24,376 nucleotides of DNA from a virus (lineage: Duplodnaviria > Caudoviricetes): positions 1 to 24,376 of the IMG/VR virus record IMGVR_UViG_3300032216_001364; one strand, given 5' to 3'. The position numbers and the translations under genes are program-made. Shown here one piece after another: positions 17,476-24,376 of this stretch (positions are counted from its first letter, which is position 1; the number at the start of each line of letters is the position of its first letter). Below the pieces are notes generated by a model, which did not search any database, was not told the DNA's origin, and was given only the letters and a program-made list of their open reading frames with translations.

Positions 17476-18630
17476 TTATGGTATAAGGGTTGTAGTGCTA
17501 GAGGTCGTAGAAGAAGATGATGTACTAGTGGTAGTAGTTGTGGTAATGCAAGCATTATCAAACTCAATTGCACCAAGAGCATCTTCAAGAATAGCATCAA
17601 CAGATGTTGCAGCAGCACTTCCGTGTTGTACAGCAATAATCACTGTTGAGTCTTCTTTGATATAATCACCCCAAGAATAAGCTGATTTGTCATACTCGTT
17701 AAACTTGATGTAGTAGGTATCATAGTTAGTACCGTCTGTTACCCAAGACTCAAAGTTTTCGTTATAACCAGCCATCCTGTAAAGATGCTTCAAATAACCA
17801 GCTTGGTAGCTGTAGAAGTTCTTCTCCAACTGCTGAATTTCACCAGATGTACCAGAAGGATAAGAAGCACGCTGTACTACTTGAGCTTCAGCTACAATGT
17901 TACAAGCATCAGCAACGATGAAGTCAGCTGTAGTTGCAGGTCCACTGTAAACAAAAGTTCTGAAGTACATTCTGTCATATTCCCAAGGGAATGCAGCAAC
18001 GTCACAAGGCTGACCATACTTAGTAAGAGGCTTACCAGAAATACGGAGGATTGTACCACCTATGTTCTGAAAAGTGTAAAACTGACTAAGAGTGATGTTG
18101 TCTGGGTTGTTACCAGGAGCATGCTGATTTAATTTAACAATGAATTGATTAATCAAAGCATTGGTATCAACGTTAGTACATGGATCACCACCACAGTCAC
18201 AACAAGGAGCTTGTACAGTCACTGAACGTGTGAAACCATTGAAATACAATGTATCAAGGTAAGAAGAATGTGCACGAAGTGTAAGAGTTACAACATCACC
18301 ACATTTTACATTCCATCCATCAACATCTGTAATTTGAACAGCAGCAGTAGGGCAACCCTGTACTTTATACCATTCAGTTACATTAGATTTACATGCTGCA
18401 CTGTCACCACATCCTGAAATTTTATCAGAACGCTTAGAACCTTGTAGATAGGTGTTAACCCTACCTTGAGCAACATAGAAATAAGGAGAGGTGCTAGGAG
18501 TGGTGGTAGCTTGATAATCTTTATCAAAGAAACCAACCTTTCCAGCAACCAAGTCTTGTGTAGAACCGCTACTGGCTATTGTTGTGCCAACAGGAACCAC
18601 AAAGAGTGTAGTTAAAGAAAAATCTGCCAT
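17476..18630 (-). CDS. Auxiliary capsid (capsid decoration/stabilising) protein with C-terminal Thr/Ser tail
   Basis: 384 aa, beta-rich, with A-rich translation initiation region and a strong downstream terminator. Position after the MCP and ring gene matches crAss-like gene order. Contains GTSGEIQQLE...GY and TNYDTYYIKF motifs. Confidence 0.6.
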   Translation of the reverse strand: MADFSLTTLFVVPVGTTIASSGSTQDLVAGKVGFFDKDYQATTTPSTSPYFYVAQGRVNTYLQGSKRSDKISGCGDSAACKSNVTEWYKVQGCPTAAVQITDVDGWNVKCGDVVTLTLRAHSSYLDTLYFNGFTRSVTVQAPCCDCGGDPCTNVDTNALINQFIVKLNQHAPGNNPDNITLSQFYTFQNIGGTILRISGKPLTKYGQPCDVAAFPWEYDRMYFRTFVYSGPATTADFIVADACNIVAEAQVVQRASYPSGTSGEIQQLEKNFYSYQAGYLKHLYRMAGYNENFESWVTDGTNYDTYYIKFNEYDKSAYSWGDYIKEDSTVIIAVQHGSAAATSVDAILEDALGAIEFDNACITTTTTTSTSSSSTTSSTTTLIP

Positions 18631-18658
18631 TTTGTTTTATTTTAAATTATAAAAAAAC

Positions 18659-19390
18659 TTATTCATTTGTCTGTATCCTATATATACTATTCTGGACAGC
18701 AGACTGGTTTTCGGTGTACATTGCAAGGTTTTGAACTGTCAAGTCTAGAAGTTCATCCTCTAGATATAATTCAAGTTCGCAATTCTGATCATACGATGGC
18801 TCACCATCTAGCATTATATATCCCTCTTTATTTATATATTGAGGGTAACGCATATATGATACACAAATTTTAGTTGGTTTAAATGTACCATCTGTGAATA
18901 TAGATATTTCATCAGATGATAGAAAGTTAAATGTTTCTTGGTATTCAAAGGATGGTCTGTAATGGGTGTTGTTCAGAATAAACTGAAGATCACCATGTTT
19001 AGCAAGATCTCTATTAATCCAAATCTTCCTATCTTTACATCTACCCTTGTCAGCAATAACATAGCTATCAATATAGAACATGTATTTAGGAACTAATAGG
19101 TGTATGTTTGCATACCACTGATTTAGTTCAGGATTTTTAACATGTAGTTCAAGAGGTTGATGATTATATGTTATCACTAAACTCTGGAGGTCCTCATACC
19201 TTTTCTTAAAGGCATCCAGTCCCATTCCAGAAACTGTACTTAAACCATCAACTTTTTGCTTTATCAGCTTTATCTGAGCTTCATTTAAAGCTAGTATTTT
19301 ATCTTCTAACTGGATTTGCTGATGTTCGTTTGTTGATAGTTTATTTAGTTTCTGATCTATTTTATACAATAAACTATCTACAGGTATCAT
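18659..19390 (-). CDS. Tail ring / head-tail connector protein
   Basis: 243 aa with KLNK...LNEAQ...KKRYEDLQSLV and YMRYP...CEL...EDELLDL.V motifs typical of crAss-like ring proteins. ATGA overlap with the upstream gene. Confidence 0.65.
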   Translation of the reverse strand: MIPVDSLLYKIDQKLNKLSTNEHQQIQLEDKILALNEAQIKLIKQKVDGLSTVSGMGLDAFKKRYEDLQSLVITYNHQPLELHVKNPELNQWYANIHLLVPKYMFYIDSYVIADKGRCKDRKIWINRDLAKHGDLQFILNNTHYRPSFEYQETFNFLSSDEISIFTDGTFKPTKICVSYMRYPQYINKEGYIMLDGEPSYDQNCELELYLEDELLDLTVQNLAMYTENQSAVQNSIYRIQTNE

Positions 19391-20355
19391 ACAGCTGCCA
19401 GTTTTTTACTTTTTAATCTTTGTTCTAGGGTAATCAGGGCATCTTGATTGTCATCATCTGCCAAATATCTAACCAATTCATCTTCATCTGCAGCCACTTC
19501 AAATTCACCTTCGTAAATTCTTCCGTTAGGTTTCACCCTATACACTGAATGAGAGATTGCTTGTTTAACAAGATCTTTGATATGGAGAAGGTTTTCCTTC
19601 ATATCAGCAAATCTATTGAAAACTTCCACTGTAGACAATCCTTGATATTTACCATTTTTGAATTCTGTTTGTTTCAAAACATTATCCACTTGGTTATACA
19701 CTGCATCTTCTTTAGTTTCTTCTGTTACTGGAAGACCTAATAGACGAGCAACTTTACGCTTCTTCTCAGGACTCATTCCATCAAACTTAGCAATAGCCTT
19801 GTTGATTAGTTGTTTCTTCTTGAAGATTACAGCATTTTCTATTTCATCATCAGCAACATAAAACTGTATGTCTGCTGGAAATTCACCACGCTCCCAAGCT
19901 TGATAAGAGCTTGCAATTGTTGGATGAACTCTAAGCCATGCAAAGGCTAATTCTTGATAAGGAACAGCTAAATCAAAATAGTTGTCTCCATCAATCAATT
20001 TTACAGGTTGCACATGCATTGTATCACTTGTAGATGTGGAAAGTCCGTAGTTCCAGAATTGAGATCTAGGTCCTAGATCGATTCCTCCAAGAGAATTCTG
20101 AAGTTTTTCACGAAGAGCAGTCACTCTTTCTTTTTCCATATCTCTTTCTAAAGGATCATTGATTCTGCGAATGTAAGCAGCATTAGGATCAAGTCCTGTT
20201 CTGTATTGACCATCAAGTTCCTTGTAAGGATACTTAAATACGCCTGTTCCAGGGATTCTTGTCATGCCTTTAGAAGCTAATCCGCTTTGCATTGTTTGCA
20301 ACTGAGAGCTATTATACTCCTTCTTAATTGTGGAGATTTTTCCTGTTTTACCCAT
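19387..20355 (-). CDS. Conserved crAss-like protein encoded immediately downstream of the MCP (function unknown)
   Basis: Motifs YRTGLD, FW, FDLAVP.QEL...WLRVHP.IA and FYV.D.E.E. Start placed at ATG 20355 (MGKTGK) because it has an A-rich leader shared with the scaffold gene, whereas ATG 20400 lies inside a stem-loop. Confidence 0.7.
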   Translation of the reverse strand: MGKTGKISTIKKEYNSSQLQTMQSGLASKGMTRIPGTGVFKYPYKELDGQYRTGLDPNAAYIRRINDPLERDMEKERVTALREKLQNSLGGIDLGPRSQFWNYGLSTSTSDTMHVQPVKLIDGDNYFDLAVPYQELAFAWLRVHPTIASSYQAWERGEFPADIQFYVADDEIENAVIFKKKQLINKAIAKFDGMSPEKKRKVARLLGLPVTEETKEDAVYNQVDNVLKQTEFKNGKYQGLSTVEVFNRFADMKENLLHIKDLVKQAISHSVYRVKPNGRIYEGEFEVAADEDELVRYLADDDNQDALITLEQRLKSKKLAAV

Positions 20356-20386
20356 AATGTAGTTTTTATATATCTGGTTTATTTTG

Positions 20387-20519
20387 CAGAGTGGTTCCAT
20401 CGAAGGAAATGCAATTGGGAATTTCTCAATTCATCACTCTGTAGGTTGAGTAGAGCCCTCCAAAGGTGGGAGGGGTAGGAGGGCTCTTCTCGGTAGGTTG
20501 TTTGTCAGATTTCTCTGAC
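20387..20519 (-). other. Structured GC-richer intergenic element (three hairpins) downstream of the MCP
   Basis: Minus strand: GTCAGA-GAAA-TCTGAC (20519-20504); AGAGCCCTCC-16nt-GGAGGGCTCT (20487-20452); CAGAGTG...CACTCTG (20441-20387) enclosing two sub-hairpins. CAACCTAC occurs twice in the linkers. No U-tract. Confidence 0.55.
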
Positions 20520-20525
20520 GAGGTA

Positions 20526-22091
20526 TTAGAATTGTGGGATTTCCTCAATAAGAACTGTACGAGACAAATCCTCAATGAACACATCGCAACGATCTTTCAT
20601 CCAAATTTCATAACCAGGGAATTTGTTAGCAGAACTCATTCCTTGAGACTTAGCAAAGCCCAAGTGATGACGAGTTCCATCAATATATCCCCAAGTCATT
20701 GAAGGTGCACCCTTCATTCTCACTTCTCTGATGTTGTTAATCATTGAACCATCGCTCATTGGAGAAACATCAAATACCATGAAAACAGGAGTGGACTTCT
20801 TATTCTGACCGAATTCAAGGTTAGATTGTGGAAGATCCAACTCTTTCAAGTGAATCAACTCAACACGACCAGTCTCACGTGTAACCATTGCATCGAATGC
20901 AAAGTTGTATGTGATGTGCTGACCTTCGCCTTGCATGTAACGATTTCCAGAATCAGCCATGAAGGTAAGACCACTGTTCAAAGCGTCATTCTTCAAAGCT
21001 TGTTGGAATACGTCAAATCCAGCTTCATTTGTATACATTTTAACCCTACGGTCTTTCACATCCACCCTTCTGTAGAATAGGTCACCAAATACAGAACGTA
21101 TTAGGTTAGCAGTGAATTCACCACGGTTATATTGAACCAAGTTACCATTGTTACGCATTCTGTGGTAAACACCAGCAGATGTACGCTTCAATTCTTGCTT
21201 AGAACCATTTGTTTTAACTGTTCCAGGCTTGCTCCAAATCATACGCTTAACTTTCAATTCAAGCATAGACTTACGCATCCAGAACTCGATGAATGGTTCC
21301 CATTTAACATCATTCCTAGTCAAAGGAAGTTGGTTCCTACGCTGTGGAGCATATACCAAGATGTCTAGAGGTTTGCCAGAAGCATCAACCATCATTTTGT
21401 CATCAGCCCACTCAGTGATTTTGTGCTCATAACCATATGCAGAACCCAAAGATTCAAACATTGTGATTTGCTCACCAAGACGAGGAAGACCTAAAAGATC
21501 TTGATCGAATTCACCAATTGCAGCGTCAACAAGCTCAAGTTCAATACCATACTGAAGGAATGTAGGAGATGCAAAATCCACTGTAGGATTGTCACTTACG
21601 AGCGTGAAATAATAAAGGTAGCCCATGTTCCAAGGAACTGGATCCTTAATAACGTAGAAACGAGGACCATACTGACGAGAACCTACAGAAATAATTGCAT
21701 TCTTAGAGAACTCGTTTGTATCCAAGATGAGAGCGAACTCTTGTCCATCAATACCCACTTTACCACTACCTTCAAGGATGTCCATGGTAGATGTTGGGAT
21801 GTCAATGATTTTTGGAAACTTGTAAGGAACCTGTACTTGCCACTTCCATGCATCGCTATTATTGTCGATGTAATAAGGAGTGCTCTTGTTAATCATGTCT
21901 AAGAAGTCATTGCTATACAATGAGCTTTGAGTGTAGAGACTGATGATTTTTTTGTCATAATCAGCAGGCTCTGTGCTGTGGAAGCTTTCAAGGTGATTGG
22001 CATCTGTAAGCTTACCTACAGCACGCTTGTCCATTGAAGCAACACGAGCATACGTAAATCCAGTTAAACCTGGGATTGTTTGAATTGCCAT
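20526..22091 (-). CDS. Major capsid protein (crAss-like, HK97 fold)
   Basis: 521 aa with LTDANHL, WKWQV, GVYHRM, YTNEAGF..FQQA and TWGYIDGT..HLGF...SSANKFPGYEIWM...VFIEDLSR motifs. Gene order portal - scaffold - MCP matches crAss-like phages. Confidence 0.85.
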   Translation of the reverse strand: MAIQTIPGLTGFTYARVASMDKRAVGKLTDANHLESFHSTEPADYDKKIISLYTQSSLYSNDFLDMINKSTPYYIDNNSDAWKWQVQVPYKFPKIIDIPTSTMDILEGSGKVGIDGQEFALILDTNEFSKNAIISVGSRQYGPRFYVIKDPVPWNMGYLYYFTLVSDNPTVDFASPTFLQYGIELELVDAAIGEFDQDLLGLPRLGEQITMFESLGSAYGYEHKITEWADDKMMVDASGKPLDILVYAPQRRNQLPLTRNDVKWEPFIEFWMRKSMLELKVKRMIWSKPGTVKTNGSKQELKRTSAGVYHRMRNNGNLVQYNRGEFTANLIRSVFGDLFYRRVDVKDRRVKMYTNEAGFDVFQQALKNDALNSGLTFMADSGNRYMQGEGQHITYNFAFDAMVTRETGRVELIHLKELDLPQSNLEFGQNKKSTPVFMVFDVSPMSDGSMINNIREVRMKGAPSMTWGYIDGTRHHLGFAKSQGMSSANKFPGYEIWMKDRCDVFIEDLSRTVLIEEIPQF

Positions 22092-22123
22092 TTTGTGTTA
22101 TCTTTTAAGTTAATATAAAAAAA

Positions 22124-23386
22124 TTAGAGAAACCATGAATTTGGCTTACTGGACTTATTTGAACTAGATTTAACCCCAGACTTACTAGCCTGTCTAGCTA
22201 CCTCACCAAAAAGTTCATTCGACTTCTTGGTGATTCCTGATTTTTGAATTGTAGAGAGCGTAGGGTCTTTCTCAAGAATCTTGAGAAGGAGTCCTATCTT
22301 CACCTTCATTTCATGGTTTTCAGGACGCTTTAGTTCTAGGATGGTACGATCGAAATCAGTGAGTGTCTCACCAGATGGTGTTTTGTACTTATCAACTAGA
22401 AGGAAATCTTGTAGTTCGCCAGCAAGCTTGGGATTAATTGGAATACCGTCAAACTCTTTTGTCTTAAGTTTTTCCTGTAAGACAGTTTGAACGTTACTAT
22501 AATATTGCTGTTTAACAGCTGCTTGTTGTTGTAATTGTGTTTCTTTTTGTTGTTCCATTTGAGCAAGCTTTGCAGCTTCCTTCTTAACCAACACCTTGTG
22601 GTGTTTGGCTGCAACAGTTTCAAGATCACCGTAATTCTTCAGACGCTCCACCTCTGTATCTACATCCTCAGGATCAAATCCTTGGTCTGTTAGAGCTTGT
22701 TTTAAGATTGCCACTTGGTTATTTTCCTGTGACAGGTCTAATTCAGCAAAGCTCTGAATTTGGTTATATGTGCCGAAATATTCTTTTGGATTAACGCCCT
22801 TAACAAATATTGCTTCAAAAGCTTGTTGGTAGTCTTCACCAAACTGTCCAATGAAGTTGTTCACCACCTCAATAGCTCCTTTCTTCTTTTCCATATTGAA
22901 TCTCTCAAGGAATTCTTCAGGAGTGGAGATGTTAAATTCTTCTTCTTCATCATCAGCTGAGAATACACCAAGCTTAAGAAGATCCTTAGATAGAGCAGCA
23001 AATTGGCTAACTTCTTGTTCTTCAGATTCATCGTCAGATGTTTCTTCAACTACAGGAGCTGCTTCTTGTTTCTTTGCTTTTGGAGCAGGAGTTTCTTCCT
23101 CTTCTTCATCATCACCACCACCAAGAAGAAAATCTTGAATTGATTGTGAAGAGTCTTCTGTAGGTTTAGCTTCAGGTTCTGCTTCTGGAACTATAGATTT
23201 TGTAGACTTCTTAGGAGCAGGAGCTGCTGGAGTTTCATTTTTAATTTCCTGAATATCATCAGGTGAACTAGTGGATGTTTCAGGAGCAAACAGATCATTT
23301 AAAAGCTCTGTACTACCCATTCCCATTTCCATTGTATCCTGAATACTAAAGTTTCCCATCTGTGGGGTTTCCAAATTTTCGGCCAT
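22124..23386 (-). CDS. Acidic scaffold-like structural protein preceding the MCP
   Basis: Disordered D/E/P-rich N-half and helical coiled-coil C-half (LTDQGFDPEDVDTEVERLKNYGDLE). Lies immediately upstream of the MCP. Confidence 0.65.
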   Translation of the reverse strand: MAENLETPQMGNFSIQDTMEMGMGSTELLNDLFAPETSTSSPDDIQEIKNETPAAPAPKKSTKSIVPEAEPEAKPTEDSSQSIQDFLLGGGDDEEEEETPAPKAKKQEAAPVVEETSDDESEEQEVSQFAALSKDLLKLGVFSADDEEEEFNISTPEEFLERFNMEKKKGAIEVVNNFIGQFGEDYQQAFEAIFVKGVNPKEYFGTYNQIQSFAELDLSQENNQVAILKQALTDQGFDPEDVDTEVERLKNYGDLETVAAKHHKVLVKKEAAKLAQMEQQKETQLQQQAAVKQQYYSNVQTVLQEKLKTKEFDGIPINPKLAGELQDFLLVDKYKTPSGETLTDFDRTILELKRPENHEMKVKIGLLLKILEKDPTLSTIQKSGITKKSNELFGEVARQASKSGVKSSSNKSSKPNSWFL

Positions 23387-23414
23387 ATGTAGTTTATTTA
23401 TCTGGTTTTCAATG

Positions 23415-23445
23415 TAAAAGTATGTAACATTATATTATTAACAAA
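23415..23445 (-). promoter_or_regulatory. Bacteroidota sigma-A-type promoter upstream of the scaffold-MCP operon
   Basis: Minus strand reads TTTG (23445-23442), N19, TACTTTTA (23422-23415). Confidence 0.6.
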
Positions 23446-23503
23446 GAGAATAGTGCTTATATTGCCTGTTTTTCAAGATAATATAGCATTAAATTATTTC
23501 ACT

Positions 23504-24034
23504 CTAATCAAGTTTGTTTAGAATGGAGTCATTTATTATCCTAAAACTTCTAATTGGGGCTATATCTGTAAGTGTCACTTGCTGTACATCCACTCCCCAT
23601 TTCCTTGCTTCCATTCTTGTTTTCTTAGTAAGAATATTGTCCATCTCAGGATCTATGCATTGTTCCAAGGAAGAGGAGATGATAATGTTCTTAATGATAG
23701 ACTGTGTCATGTCAGCTAGTGCATCCTGTGCATCAAACACTTCTAATAGGAATATTTTAACATCTGCTATCCTATATTTAATCACTCCCTTTACAACAAT
23801 GTTTTGTTTATCCTTTGTATACAAAGATTGAGCTGCTAGACTGAGGGTGGTTACAACAACATGTTGTGTAATTACATCATCAAATATAGGAAGTTTCACG
23901 TGGAACCCTGGACCTAACACCTTCTTGAAATGACCGTTCCTTAGAAGAACAGCTTCTTCATAGTTTGGAATAATCACCGCAGGAGTGAGATAGTTAAACC
24001 AATTAATTATTAGGTCTATGAGTTTATCAAACAT
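23504..24034 (-). CDS. SPFH / Band-7 (stomatin/HflC-like) domain protein
   Basis: VIIPNYEEAVLLRNGHFKKVLGPGFHVKLP, QSLYTKDKQNIVV..VIKYRI.D and WGVDVQQVTLTDI together form the classic SPFH domain. TAATG-coupled to the portal gene. Confidence 0.9.
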   Translation of the reverse strand: MFDKLIDLIINWFNYLTPAVIIPNYEEAVLLRNGHFKKVLGPGFHVKLPIFDDVITQHVVVTTLSLAAQSLYTKDKQNIVVKGVIKYRIADVKIFLLEVFDAQDALADMTQSIIKNIIISSSLEQCIDPEMDNILTKKTRMEARKWGVDVQQVTLTDIAPIRSFRIINDSILNKLD

Positions 24035-24376
24035 TATTTTTTAGTTTTATTCCTACCCTTAGCATTTTCTTTAGCAACAGCAAGATCATTTGCTTGGTTC
24101 TCTCTAGCCACTTGAAGCTTTTCTCTTTCCACTTGAAGCTTCTGTGCAGCTAATGTATTCTTTGATTGTATATCAGCCATTTTCATTTGATAGTCTTTGG
24201 CAGCTTTTGTTTGTTCGTTAGCCAGCTTACTGATTTCCAATACATCAGGAACACCAGTTTCATCTACATCAGGTAGAGCTCCACCTTTTGCTTCAGCTGC
24301 AATTAGAGCAATTTCTTTCTTATTAATTCTATCAAGCTCATTTTGATAATCATCGTGTGCAAGTTTTTCAGCTTGC
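24034..24376 (-). CDS. Portal protein, C-terminal end (partial; extends beyond the right edge)
   Basis: The frame is open from the edge: QAEKLAHDDYQNELDRINKKEIALIAAEAKGGALPDVDETGVPDVLEISKLA...AKENAKGRNKTKK. The coiled coil, DxDxxGxPDxLE motif and basic tail resemble crAss-like portal C-termini. The ORF-track TTG start at 24240 is internal. Confidence 0.7.
   Translation of the reverse strand, partial: QAEKLAHDDYQNELDRINKKEIALIAAEAKGGALPDVDETGVPDVLEISKLANEQTKAAKDYQMKMADIQSKNTLAAQKLQVEREKLQVARENQANDLAVAKENAKGRNKTKK

Noticed and set aside
17442-17478. Readthrough or frameshift extension of the auxiliary capsid T/S tail
   Set aside because: A double TAA TAA stop is followed by a strong terminator, and no obvious slippery site or downstream domain is present.
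20387-20519. tRNA gene in the post-MCP spacer
   Set aside because: It contains TTCGA, but lacks a four-arm cloverleaf with correct D, anticodon and T-arm spacing and length.
1185-23831. Plus-strand ORFs and short alternative-frame minus-strand ORFs in the track
   Set aside because: All lie within longer minus-strand genes and have no recognisable motifs, so they are shadow ORFs.
1-24376. Stop-codon reassignment (TAG to Gln or TGA to Trp), known in some crAss-like phages
   Set aside because: Genes are full length and tightly packed under code 11. The breaks around the muzzle are TAA stops, and TGA (19387, 16685) and TAG (23504) behave as normal stops.

Overview
This is the virion-structure module of a crAss-like (Crassvirales-type) phage of a Bacteroidota host. 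The DNA is AT-rich, uses the standard genetic code and has all genes on the minus strand. In transcription order (right to left): portal C-terminus (partial), SPFH/Band-7 protein, acidic scaffold-like protein, major capsid protein, conserved post-MCP protein, ring protein, auxiliary capsid protein, tail-hub-like protein, an unlisted 47-aa Cys-rich ORF, an 89-aa protein, tail-collar fibre, LRR-tipped fibre, metallophosphoesterase, ring protein, HU/IHF-like protein, ring/tail-tubular protein, muzzle/tail-stabilisation protein, a Thr-rich accessory protein, a second muzzle-like fragment, an HNH endonuclease, a 1133-aa cargo-type protein with an R-S-E ADP-ribosyltransferase domain, and the start of another cargo-type gene. 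Two observations stand out. (1) The muzzle gene appears split: the N-part ends in repeated Cys-containing peptides (CNFGGTA x2), and the next two proteins begin with the same ~70-aa Cys-containing domain. This suggests a peptide-tag/acceptor docking system at the tail tip. (2) A probable ejected polyvalent ADP-ribosyltransferase is punctuated by repeated x-x-x-G(G) motifs. Product calls come from motif recognition and gene order only; no database searches were run.
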